Below, piece by piece: positions 51,645-64,000 of a stretch of DNA of 64,000 nt. Source of the DNA: Utricularia gibba (Eukaryota; Plantae; Magnoliophyta); assembly GCA_002189035.1 (NCBI GenBank), contig NEEC01000010.1, forward strand, positions 1,612,001 to 1,676,000, written 5' to 3'. A program made the position numbers and the translations under genes. The notes below the pieces were generated by a model. The model saw only the letters and a program-made list of their open reading frames with translations. It ran no database searches and was not told the origin of the DNA. Position 1 is the first letter of the stretch. The number at the start of each line of letters is the position of its first letter.

Positions 51645-53284
51645 ATCTCCTTCACCTGGTAAGTGCAAACTTCAGCGCAGGATACAAAGTCAAAGAGATG
51701 TCACCGCCTGGTACAAACAAATTTCCAGATATCAAGAAGACGTATCGCGTGCAGATCTTCACCAGAAGCAGCCTAATACATCAAAAAACCAAGAACGAAG
51801 GCACCCATAAAGAAACTATGAAAAAGTCTTCATCTTTTTGACGCACATGAGCAAAAAAGAAAAAGGGTAAATTGTTCTCCAATCTCCTCTCCAGCTTTTT
51901 AGCGAGTTTGAAAGAATTGAATTCACCAACCAACAACTAAAACTTGATCAAGCCGCTGGGAAAAACAAAAGAAAGTCTTAACGGAAACGAATTGCAACAT
52001 CTAAACTACCAAAAATAGAAGAACAAAAGTTACCTGGAGACCGAAAACAAACACATATCCTTCAATCACTTCCCATGATCAGCAGCTCAAAAAATGATCA
52101 TGAACTAAGGAACTGGGAATTGTGCCGAGAAGCCAATTAAATAAAAAAAGGAAACAATCCCAAATAGAACAGTAATGAACTAAGCTATGATTGGGTGACA
52201 GCAACTGGAAAAATATTCTTCTAAGTGGAAGAAATCAAATAATAGCCCATACCCATATGTTTCTTTCCCTCTATGTACTTCGTCACAGAGGTATCATGAT
52301 TATGAGGAGATTTCTAGATAGTTCCACTTCGGAACAGAAAAGGAAGGCATAAATATGCACACAGATAAAAAAAAAAAAAAAAACAAAGGTTAGTCAAAGC
52401 CGAAGGGGCGTTGGGTTCATTAGCTGTTGATTTTGATGGCATAACCACCAGTTGGTGGACCTAAAGGATTGGCCCGATTTACGCATCAGGCCAAGTGAAT
52501 AACTAGATGATCATTGCCGGCTAGCTGTAGCAATACAGTTGGTTTCCTGATGGCCTTTGATGTCATTTAAACTTCAGCTGCCAGTTTTTATGGTTAGGTG
52601 ATAGGTATTCAAGTTGAACCGGCCTTGCCTTTTTTACCATCTATTACAACAACAGCAATAACAAAAAAAGAAAAAAGAAGCCTGATGGATGATTTTGATC
52701 TGATTTTTCCACTGTCCTGTGAAACGCAGAACCATCTACCTAGTCACTGGTTTAGGCTGATTGATTACTTAAAACCATGCTTGTTATTCAATCACCCTAT
52801 GAATCCTCGGTCGGTTTGATAGATGAAACGAGGCCCTTCTCATTCAAAAAAAAAAAAAAATCCCAATGAACTCTGCATCAGATGTAGCTTACTAAAATAG
52901 TAATATAATCCAGGGTGTTAAGTTGACCTTAAGCCTATGTATCAAACAAAGTGACAGCTACTCTTAAACACAAGCATTGAGATTTGATAACCTATCCATC
53001 GGAAACACTGAAGCATAGCTAATAAGATACAAACCAAGTAAGACATTACATCAAGCTATTTTTTCAAGGCCATGGTGTCAAATACCGGCATCAACATGGA
53101 GATACAAACGACTAATTAATCAAGCATACATGAGAGAACAAGCCCAACTGAAGAAACTTGTTAACCTGATAGTTGTAAAACTACTTTGTGAGCGAAGGCA
53201 TAAGCTTGTAGTTCTTAAATCAGAAGCAATATTCTGTGTGAGAGAGATAGGATGTCACAGGGGTAGGAAGCCATTACTAATGCT

Positions 53285-55247
53285 TTAGGATGGACCAAAT
53301 TTGTCCAGTGCCAGAGAGTATATTGCTTTTCTTTTCATAGATGTTTTTGTTGCCACCATCTTCACTGCCTGCAATGGATATAAATTTTAGAAGTTTGGGG
53401 TTTGGACTCGGATTGTCTTAGGGAGATATAATAATGAAGGTACGCCATAAGATTACCATGGAGAGACTGTGACCTTCTGAAAGCAGCTTTTCCAACTCGT
53501 TTTCAACTTGAGATTCATGGAGTGATTCATCATCTACGGTGTTTCCTTCTATCAGAAGTGTGATTTCACCCTTCGGTTGGTGGGCCGAGAATGCTTCTTT
53601 GGCCTCGCCAAGGCTACCTCTCCAGAACTTTTAAGAACAACTAATCATATCAATGAAAAGTAATGGATGGAAGATCACACGGAAAACTGCTGATCGAAAT
53701 TTAAGTGACTTCTACCATGTATTTTTTACAGAACATTGAGAAGTTTATGGAATGAATAAGCAAAGCACCACAGTTACTACTTACTTCTTCATGTAATTTG
53801 GTCATCTCTCGGGCAATAACACAGAACCTGGCATAAATAAGAGCAATCAGAATCTTATGTTGTTTTATATGGAGAAAGGAAGAAATTGCAATAATGGGGG
53901 CATGCTGTTTTTCAGTTGCCATTCATATGATCCAAGAAGCAATATCCACCTAGACTCTCCAAAGACGGGGCACGACTCCTCCAGGAACTGAGAGAGCCTA
54001 TGTGGAGGCACAAAGAAGATCTGTGTGGTTGCACAGCTTGCAGAAATGACCAGCCTTTCTCTCCTTTTCGATGCATGTTTCGGGAGAAAGCCAACTGCAG
54101 CAGCTATTTAACTGTTGTGTGTGATATTAAGCAATTGAAATACGAAGCCTTGTAGGAGCATTACCAAAAGTAAACTCATTGGTCAGCAAACCAGATGCAG
54201 AAAGCGCGGCTAATGGTGCAGATGGCCCAGGGATGGGAATGACAGGTATGCTCATGTCGACACACAATTTGGCCTAAATCCACAATCCATTGATGAAGAA
54301 TCCATGAGCACAAAGAATCCTACTTGCCCAGTTCCTTCAGTTTCTCATTTGTCAATGGGAAGGAGGGTGAACGAAAAACATGATCCGAAGAGCAAATGAA
54401 AGTTTTGTTGAAACAGATAAAGAATCCACACGCGCACACAAAAACAACAGACTAACCAGAACCATGCCAGGGTCACTGATGCATGGAGTTCCAGCATCAC
54501 TTATCAGGGCAACTATCTCCCCTGAACGCAACCGGTTAAGCACGACTTGCTCCCGTTGAGATTCATTGAATTTGTGATAGCTTAACTAAAAATCATAGTC
54601 ACGGAATGGAAAGTAAATCCACATACAAGGACATAACCTGAGTGAGAACTTAAAAGCAGCTTACAAGTGGAGTTTTGATGTTGTAATATTGAAGCAGCTT
54701 TCCTGAATGCCTAGTATCTTCTGAGAGTATGACATCCGCGGATCTCAGAACTCTCAGTGCTCTAAGAAATAAGAGCAAAAACCAATGGAAGAAATTCTAT
54801 GAAACAATGTAAACAGTTAACTTGAAAAACTTGCAATGGACCTTAAAGTTATATCCTCAAGATTCCCAATTGGCGTCCCAACAACATATAACCCCGGTTT
54901 CAGCGGAACCTGCAACAGAAGAACAAAAAGCTACAACATTGGAACATGCAGACAACAGAAACCACATCCATGATCTTCACGTTAAACAATTTTACTCTTC
55001 GTAACCGCGATGAAATTGTAAAGTTCACATATTCGCCTACTTGTTTCGTAGAGAACTCCTCGCCGAATTCGCCAATGGATGTAACTTCATTATTAATCGA
55101 TGAGAAGGAGAGCACAGGGATAGGGATAGTGGAAGGTGAAGGAGAAAAGGAGATATTTGGAGGAAATGAGAATCTGTTCAGCCGGAGCCACGGCGGTTTA
55201 CGGTGGAGCCTAACTACGGCGGCATAGTAGCTGCAGAACATAATCAT
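53285..55247 (-). CDS. rsmI: Ribosomal RNA small subunit methyltransferase I-like (tetrapyrrole methylase family), probably organelle-targeted
   Basis: LYVVGTPIGNLEDITLRA, ILSEDTRHSGKLL, ALISDAGTPCISDPG, IPIPGPSA, FTFVGFLPKH, VIAREMTKLHEEFWRG, PKGEITLLIEG. The N-terminal extension is Ser/Pro/Arg-rich. Confidence 0.93.
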
Positions 55248-55379
55248 TCCGTTTGGTTCATCTGTAGAGGGAAAATATATTTTTCTCTTAAAAAATGCAA
55301 TCTTTACCTGTTCTTTCAAAAATACTGAAAAGAAGATATTTTTGAATCACCCGTGTTCTCGCGACTTGAAGGCGAGAGG

Positions 55380-57955
55380 ATGCTTTCATGGGTTCCCCAG
55401 CAACGCCCTTCGGTGCTCATATTGGCCGCTGAAGTTTCTTCCTTGGCTTCATCGAGTTTCGCTTCTCGATGCATTTACAGGATTGGGTATTCATCCTTCC
55501 CTTTCTCAAGAGCTGAATCCTGTTAAATTTGAGATTGGTTGGTTTGGTGGTTCGTTTCGCAAATGATTCGGAATCATGGCTCTAAAAGTCACATTCTTGC
55601 AGAGAGCAGACTGCCGTAAGAAGTTCCCAACGCTTTGTTGTCAGAAACGCGGCTGTGAAGGTAAAAAATCAACCACCCCCAAGCCCCAAAACTTTGGTCA
55701 AGGAGCGGCACAAGTACTTCGATGAGGCAATGATAGCAGTTCGGGCTGGAGATGGTGGCGATGGTGCTATACTCAGTCTCCCCAGCCGCAAAGCTGCCTC
55801 CAAGACGCCTGGGAAATCGGAGAAAGACAAACCGAAGAAAAAGATTTCATATAAGCGAGATTTTGATGGCTCAGTTATTCTTCCAGCAGGTGGAAAAGGT
55901 GGAGATGTCATAATCTATGCAGATGAGAATGAAGACACATTGTTGGAGTTCCATACCAAGAGTAAGTATATTGCAAAACAGGGTGGAAACGTTAATTCCA
56001 TGGGGGCTCTCTCTTCTCATGCACATAATGGACTTGATGCTCCTCCAGTGCGGATTCCTGTGCCTCTAGGTATGCCAAATGCATCATGATTCTGTATATC
56101 CATCTACGTTTTCATAGTTCAAATTTGCAATTCTTTTGTATTCTGTAAATGATCCTCCAGGGACTGTTGTAAAACTGAAAAGGGGAAAGCTTTTGGCTGA
56201 CCTCGCCAATCATGGTGATGAAGTTGTAGTAGCAAAGGGTGGCCATGGTGGGGTAAGAATCTGTAGTTGCCGATTCTTGGAGTGAAAACCTGTTGTATAT
56301 AATTTGAGCACTTGGTCATATGGTTGTTTGAGTTTAGTTTTCTCAAGCTGCTGAATTGAAGTCATGGCATGTTTCTCTGTGAGCTCTGCAGTTACATTTA
56401 ACTTGTTATCTATGAATAGAGGTATTGTTGATCAAATGAGTGGATATGGGATTCATGAAGTTAAAGCTTTATATGGATATTATGGCTGCCATTGCATGGA
56501 ACTGTCCTTGTATGCATCCTTTCTGCTGCCTTTTCAGGCCATTTGAGTTCATGGCATGTGAATGTGAGGGATGCCATGAATGATTTGCATGTTTTAGGGT
56601 TTAAATGGATGTTTCTTTTGAGATACACCTCACATTCCTCTGTTCGCTTCATTGTTGTCTTAATTGTCGTGGAGATTTACCATTCAGAACAATCTGTGCT
56701 GTAGATCAGCTTGGTGGATATGCCAGAAAATAAGAAGCAACAAGTTGCAGCTCTAACGGCTAATGCAATGAGGGATGAAAGTGACAAGGTAAACAGTGTT
56801 AACAAAGCTCTCCCTCAAGCCGTAATTCTACTTGGTAATTCGTGATCACCTCTTTTTCTTTCTCCATTTGCATTCTGCTACAGTTCTTGGTTCTGGGTCG
56901 GCCTGGGGAAGTGGTTAATCTCCAGTTGATACTTCGAGTTGTAGCAGATGTTGGTCTTGTTGTAAGTTACCAGCTGGGATTTCATTCTCCTTGCTGAATT
57001 CAGTCTATTGATTCGACATCCTTATCACTGGAATTTCGAGTTCAGGGGCTCCCTAATGCCGGGAAGTCCACTCTTCTCTCTGCTATCACCCTCGCCAAGC
57101 CTGAGATTGCTGATTACCCATTCACAACACTGATGCCAAACTTGGGACTTCTTGAAGGAGACCCTGGTCTTGGGGCTGAGCGGTTCTCATCTGATGCAAC
57201 CGTAGCTGATCTGCCGGGACTCATCGAAGGTGCTCATCTAGGCAAGGTACTCTCAGTTATGTTGCTGTCATCTTCCCCTTCCTCCGAACTCTTCACCTGA
57301 TCCGGTGGTATCCAGGGTTTAGGCCGCAATTTCTTGAGGCATTTGAGGAGGACAAGGCTACTGGTTCACGTCGTAGATGCTTCCACCGGTGATCCAGTTC
57401 GCGATTACTTGACAGTGAGAGAGGTGATTGGATTGAATAGACTTGTTTGAATGCATGAACAAGACTACCATGTCTCTGATCAAATCGACTCCACTGTTTC
57501 TCCCAGGAACTGCGAATGTACAATCCCGAATACCTCGAGAGACCGTACATCGTCGTCCTGAACAAGATTGACATTCCCGAGGTAACACCAGAGGCTTCTC
57601 TTCAAATATCATCAACACACATTGTGTCCACATGTCCTAATCCGATCTCTGCAGGTAATGCAAAAAGTTCCAAATCTTATCGAAGAAATACAAAGGATCG
57701 GAGTCGAGAAATCCACCGTGCCTGCGGACCAACCCAGTGGATCCGACGAACCTCCTAAGGTAAAAGAAATCGAAGAATACCCCAAGCCTGCCGCCGTCGT
57801 CGCTGTCAGCGTCCTGTAAGTATTACCTACGATCGCCGCTGCACTCTCCGATACCGACATACAACTCACCGATTTCCGTACATCGCAGAAAAGGTTGGAA
57901 GATCAAAGAAATGCTCACGGAGATCCGATCAGCTCTGCAGTCCACAAATTGTTAG
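55380..57955 (+). CDS. OBGC2: Obg/CgtA-family GTPase (OBGC2-like), probably plastid-targeted
   Basis: [87 protein letters not shown]. Exon 1 (55380-55486) splices in phase to 55602. Confidence 0.9.
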
Positions 57956-58613
57956 CGAGTTTTTTTACAATTGAATAATGAATAATTCAAAACATCATGA
58001 AAAAGATATTTAAATAAATTATTTGTTTTGATTTTATATCTTATTTCTTTTTTTTGGTAGCATTACAATTTACAAAAATTATTATGCGAAAATTAATATT
58101 GAATATGAATTAATTATTTAGGTATTTTTTTAATCTACTTAATGGTATTTGATAAAATACAATATTATCACTCAAATTCATTCTCTTTTGTATAAATGAA
58201 TTTAGTGTTTATTTTAATATTTTATACAAATTCATTTTAAAATTTTGACTTATGTAACTTTTGATATTATTTATATAGTATTTACATTTTTAATTATAAA
58301 AAGTATGTAAATATAAATATTTTAAAATGTCTATATAAATGTAATTATATATCAAATTTTTGAATAATATTTTTTTTATAAAATTGCATTCATATTTTTT
58401 CAAATTACTTCTTTTTATGGAAATTAATATTACACAACTAAATTAAAACATACTACAAACAACTCAGAATTCCATTTTCGTCTCTCGCTTTTTTCTGGTT
58501 CTTTTTTTTTTCTTTTGATGTGAAACCGGCAACAACAAAGGAGAGGTGATGCATACTCCAATCATATCAAACCCACTGCCACGTAGTGCAAAGTTTTTGG
58601 ATCTTTGTCGTCG

Positions 58614-60172
58614 TCAAGTGATCTCGGACGTCGATTGGGAGAGGAGTGGCTGGGTGGCGGCCCCCTTTGCCGTCGATCCTCCGCCGCTTTCCGCCGCCGC
58701 GAATTTGCGCTCTGCATTCTTGCCCCACAGCACTAAATAGAGTCCGGCAATGATCAGCACCGCGCCAATGATCCTGTTCAGAACCACCAAACATTCACTG
58801 TACTTGCAAAGTAGTTATCATCTTTTGCCAACGCAACACGATTGTGATTATGATTTGGTACCCTCCCAAGTAGAATTCCTCTCCCAGAAGGATCGACGCC
58901 ATGATCGCAACCACCAGGGTCTGAACCGGCTGGTAAACCGCCACGAAAACCGGCCCCCCGCGATCTATGCACCATATCTGTACAGCAAAGGCGATCCCGG
59001 ATGCGACCACACCCTGCAACAGGTAGTTGGTGAGGAGGATTAGCTAATGGTTGAACCGCTTTGGGAACCCGGAGACAGAGCTCGGGCTCCGGGGATAGCT
59101 GCTGGGAACCCAGGTATCGAACTTACTGCGTAGAATACGCTGAAGAGCTCTCCGCCGGAGTGGACGAGCCACGCCTGGGAGTCCCTCTCGAGCACAACCG
59201 CGATAGCGAGGAACTGGAGGATGCCGAAGAAGCATTGGTAGGAAGTGAAGGTGAGCCTCGCCGGGAACTTCTTCAGAATCGGAGCTTGGAGAACGAGCCA
59301 ACCCGACCACGAAAGGCAGTGCCCGATTAAAAATAGGCACCCAAGAGTCCAGTTCTTCGTGCCAGCCCCCACGAGCTCCGCCCCCACAGTCGCCTGAGGA
59401 CGGCCGATAGTGAGGTGAGGCTTGGGATTGTAAATTGTGGGGCCCTTGAAAAGCGTGATCACCGATGCGCCGGTGACACACAGCAGTGTACCGGCGATCT
59501 TGGATATTCCGTCTTTCCGATCCAATCTCACCTTCTCAATTCTGTTCCAGTGGTATGCTTAGAGACGTCCGAGGTTTTCCCATTCCAGACGCTAAAAAGA
59601 ATTTATATTACCTGAGAATAGCTGCCAATAGGAAGGTGATCGCCGGAACTGAATTTTGAATCGCAGAAGCAAAAGTAGGAGATGTATTGTCCAATCCCAG
59701 TAAGTAGAATCCTTGATTCGCAGTAATTCTGAAAAATAAAGAAACATTTTTTCCCTCAAAAAGAGAATAAACAACTGATGGAGTTTCTATATATATATAT
59801 GATTTTACCCAACAATCGCCAGAAGGAAGAACTGGAGAAGAAGGTTCCAAGAAATGGGAGGCCTCTCTTTCCTGACACAAACAAAACAAAACATCTCCAT
59901 GTGACACCATGTAGGATACCGCGTATTCATTCATTCATTCCTGAGATAGAACTAACTAACTTTTCAAGAAAATAAGCGAATGGCAAGAGGAGGAGCAAGG
60001 CGAGAATATTCCGGTACACCGGAAAAACGATCTTGCTGATGCCCATGTTGAGTGCTAGCCTGGAAACCACGTGGAAACCAGCATAACCGAACTGCAAAGC
60101 CAGCATGGCGAGGTGCAGCTGAAACTTCTCGGGCACCCAGCACACTCGCGAGCCACCGCCGGCGTCCGCCAT
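58614..60172 (-). CDS. WAT1: WALLS ARE THIN 1 / UmamiT (MtN21, EamA) transporter
   Basis: [102 protein letters not shown], ending [12 protein letters not shown]. Confidence 0.93.
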
Positions 60173-62615
60173 GGGAAAAAGATTGCAATCACGCTCTAAC
60201 GGGAACGGGAAAGAGAAGAGAGCTAACTGAGCGCACTCCCGATGCCTCACCACCCTGGTATTAATACACAAACAAAGCTATAATGCGCTGGCCTACATAC
60301 CGCCCATTCCAACTACAATTCAATGTATTCCCATTCCTACAAAAAAGAAAGAAAAACACATACAATAAAAAACTTGCAAGAGTCGATGATTATTGAGATA
60401 TGCGCAACAACCGTTGTCGGCTTTGGACAAGAATCCATGGCTGCTTATCATTGAAAGCAGCAGAAGTATTATTATTATTATTGTTGTGTAATGCCTTTGA
60501 TAATGCTTGATTTGGGATAACAGGGGAAAAGGGAAGTGGATACGATACGGCCACAAAGTGACCGGGGCGGGTACGACAAGCTCATTCCCATCTCCCCGTC
60601 GTCTTCCTCTTTGGGGGCTCATTCATGAAGACTGCACGGGCTGTTGTTTTGTGGCTCCACCCAACAATTCAAATAACTATTAGAACAACCAATTATACAA
60701 ACTGAATTCAAAGTAAAATAATCAACTACATAATAAATTACAAATCATTAATAATTATTTAATATAATTTTTTCTAATATGATCATATTTATTATATATT
60801 TTTATTTTATGTGTGATCGTTTAATTTCAATATGATATCAAAATGTTTGTCTTACAATATGACTTGATTGTCAAGATGCCTTAGGAGTAGGTTTAGTTTA
60901 TTTTTTTTTTGTGTGTTTAAAGGTTATAAAAAGTGTTTGGTATTTTTATTCATTTTTATTGCAATGTGTAGTCTAAGGATGTAAAATAAAAAAAAACTAA
61001 ATCGTATTACAACAATCTTTGGAAATCATTAGAATCAATTCTATTATAATAGCATTGATTTTGTCTTTAAAACGTATATCAAATTATATTTTATAATAAT
61101 TAATTTTTCAAAATTATTTCAATTCTATAAAAAGTATGAGATGACGAAACAGAATTATTTCATTTAGACGACATCTGGATTAGTAAAAATGGATGCAATT
61201 TCGTATTCGAAGCAAATGTTGATATCGTCTAAATGGTGTGTGATCGGAGATGAGTGAGTGAGTTCATGTGCTTGGAAAATTGAAGGACATGGCGTGGCGA
61301 CCAGGAATTATTATTTTATTCATTTTCGAAAAGGGGGTTGCAGTTCTGTACCCATAAAGCATACCCAACCCAAGAAATCAAATCATACACATCTCATCCT
61401 TATAAACAGAACACAAAAGGGACCCGACATATACCACTCGCCCCGCTCCTACATTCCCATACTCTCCATGTTCGACATTCGAAAAAGTTTTGAATTAGGT
61501 TTAAATATCGATCAAATTTTGATGAAATTTCATACACAAAATGCTATGATTCATATTCTTTTTGAACGATATTATCTGCTTTGTGTTTTCAATTCTAACA
61601 CTTTTACATTATTTTCCTTTAGAGAAAATGTTTCATACAATATAAATTCTTGATTCTAACAATTTTATGTTATTTTCCTTTAGATAAAAGATTTCATATA
61701 AGATTAGAAAAATTTCTTTATTTAAACATGTTTTCTCTTTTATCTTTAATCAATATAGTATATTGCTATCAGATATATACAAAATCATTGGCATAAATCA
61801 CAATAAATCAATATTCGAAATTCAAAGAAGTTTTGAGTTTAAAAATCGAAATTTGGATAAAATATCTAGGAAAATGACCAAATTTTGGTAAAATTTCGAG
61901 ATTATTTTGTTTTTCGATGAGTGGGAAAACTGAAATTTCATAGAAAAAAAATTTAAATAAATGACAATAAAAAAAAAATAGGAGCATGGCATGTGCGTAC
62001 ACATGGAACAGGATATGGAATGAGCAGGTAGAAGGATCGACCCTGATGCAACATGCGGATTTGCTACCTTTTTCCACATTTTTAATATCTAAAAATTAGT
62101 AAATTAATGCATAAAACAACACACACACGTGAATATTTTGTTCATAAATCCCAGGGACACGCTCGGTGTCACGTTCATTTCCCCTCCAAAAAAAGAAAAA
62201 AAATGAAAATTTTAATATCTAAATGCACGTGCCCTAGTTCTGATCCTTGAAAATGGAGGTGGATTATGTATACGTGGAGGAGAAGAGAATGGAGGCGAGG
62301 GATTTGGCTGGAAAGGGATATCCAACACCTCATAAGGAGAAGGTATCGTTTGTTGTGATTCGTTTGGGTGGTCATGCAGGATGGGTATTCTCTTGTCCCC
62401 AGTCGATATTCGATGCTAACTAAAAGTATAAAGGAGACACAGACTATGATTTTTGTCGACTTCCTTCTTTTGAAAACATTTTGTCTGCATCTTTTGGCGC
62501 ATAAAGCAGATTCCAACTTCTCTACGGGAAACTCAGGCTCATCCCTGCTGCTGGACTCCGTCATAGAGAGGAACCAGTCCACCAAACCCTGTTATTTTTG
62601 CTCTGTGTTTCCTGG

Positions 62616-62667
62616 TATTTATCTTTGAGGGGCATCAAGTTTCTGGGATTCTGTCTCGATGTGGGAT
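62616..62667 (-). promoter_or_regulatory. snRNA-type USE plus TATA-like element (candidate)
   Basis: ATCCCACATCG (62667-62657) equals the plant USE consensus RTCCCACATCG. GATAAATA lies 33 bp downstream. Confidence 0.35.
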
Positions 62668-64000
62668 CTTTTGGGTATAGCGGTTGATCCAGGAGCCTGT
62701 TAATGGAGATCAGAAGGTATGCCCAAAAGCAACCAGTCGTTAGTTAAACAAGGGGGTTTCTGACTAGACCAGCACTAGAGACTTCCCTCCCTCCCATTAC
62801 GTTTGATCATTACGTCCACTACAGAAAGTCCATGTCTTTGCCCAAATTGGTCTCCTACAGAATATACGTAGAAGATTGAGGAAGCCTGACTGATGGCCAT
62901 GTTCACAATTACTGGTAAAAAAAAAGGAGACTTATTGCACAGACTCATGTAGTGGAAAGACACTACAAGGATCTTGCAGATTGGAGGAAAAAAGATTCCT
63001 AGTAGGTCACAGTCGGAGACATTCTACTGTGGGCATAACAGTGAGTTAGTGGGAAGCAAATTGATGAACCATTCACGCCAAGGAAAGAAAAATCACTAAC
63101 ATCAATCAGTCGTATCTCACACTGGAAAATGACAGTGAAGCTAGCAATAATTTTAAGCTTTTACGCATGAAGTTGGATTGGATCCTGAATGAATTTATAA
63201 TGTGTGGAATGGGTGTTGAGGCAGTGGAAGCATGAAACTGGAGTCCCAAGTATCCATCCATCCATCCATGCTTGGAATGATTAAAGGTTAAAGAAGACTC
63301 CATCTCTGTGATCATTCATTATCGACCAACCACAGGCCGGTCGAATGGAGGAGATAAGAAGCTTTTGTGGAGAGCACTAATGCTGCTGAACATCATTGGT
63401 ACATGGAACGCTTTCACCTCCCACTCCTGTTGTTGTGGCATCTGACATCATGACAGGATCTTACAGGTAATGATCATGATCAAGGGGGAGCTCTTGCACG
63501 CTTTGAGTTTCTTCACTTACCATTTGAGGACCCCAAATGAGCAGAAACAGATTTCAAGCTAACTGATATGATAATATGAGCAAACAAATGGTATGAAAAA
63601 TTATGGGTATGTACAAAAAAATTTATGAAGTGATTCGTTTAAGTTTTGAAGATTTTCATATTTATTCGTTCTATGGTAAAATCAGAAATCTAAATTCTAT
63701 GATTAACAGTTATATCATAATATTAAATTATATAACAATTTAATTTATTAAACTTTACAATATATATATATTATTAAATTTTATAATATAATTTTATGTT
63801 ATCCTATAAAACAATTTTACAATCTCAAATTGATTCTACATAATCTTAAATGATCATATTTCACATAATATGAAGTATTATTTCAAATTACAGAAAACAT
63901 TCTATGTGAGATTTTCTGCTATTTATTTTATTTTAAAAAAGAACCAAATGGGGTTCGCCAAAAGGGCAGAAGATTAACATCGGTCCATCTTAACATCATT

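Noticed and set aside
62224-62244. Partial complement of miR164 (TGCACGTGCCCT)
   Set aside because: Only 12 contiguous bases match, the mismatches fall opposite the miRNA 5' region, and there is no hairpin or NAC coding context.
62259-62276. DYVYVE as a phytosulfokine-like (DYIYTQ) motif
   Set aside because: An in-frame stop lies just upstream, so there is no signal peptide or precursor.
62578-62595. AAACCCT as a telomerase RNA template near the USE
   Set aside because: It lies on the opposite strand from the USE-driven transcript, is only 7 nt, and the USE-TATA spacing is not Pol III type.
63440-63500. TAS3 tasiARF-like or miR159/319-like words
   Set aside because: Only short partial matches, no flanking miR390 sites and no long fold-back.
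1-64000. CRISPR arrays, rRNA, transposase or retroelement ORFs
   Set aside because: None seen. The sequence is spliceosomal-intron plant DNA with no regularly spaced repeats or recognisable RT, integrase or transposase motifs.

Overview
This is nuclear DNA from a gene-dense flowering plant, probably a eudicot. It holds about 18 intron-containing or single-exon protein-coding genes in 64 kb, with most introns 73-150 nt, separated by AT-rich spacers. In order: ORP4-type oxysterol-binding protein (3' end), MIR169 precursor, DUF630/DUF632 protein, metaxin, tRNA-Glu(TTC), an uncharacterised VARLMGL-motif protein, ERD6-like sugar transporter, ZF-HD factor, HCF164, Tubby-like F-box protein, auxilin-like J-protein, DUF4408-like protein, bifunctional nuclease, SAP18, bHLH110-like, S1-group bZIP with its sucrose-sensing (SIRT) uORF, BEL1-like homeodomain protein, RsmI-like methyltransferase head-to-head with an Obg GTPase, and WAT1. 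Three genes, possibly four, carry the same kind of 1-bp deletion frameshift, most simply explained by assembly error. The most interesting signals are the intact SIRT uORF on a frameshifted bZIP, a tRNA starting 20 nt after a stop codon, the 132-bp RsmI/Obg divergent pair, an ORF that stays open through two introns, and an snRNA-type USE+TATA-like promoter with no recognisable snRNA behind it. Gene names come from recalled family motifs, not database searches. I did not find a clearly novel multi-gene system.
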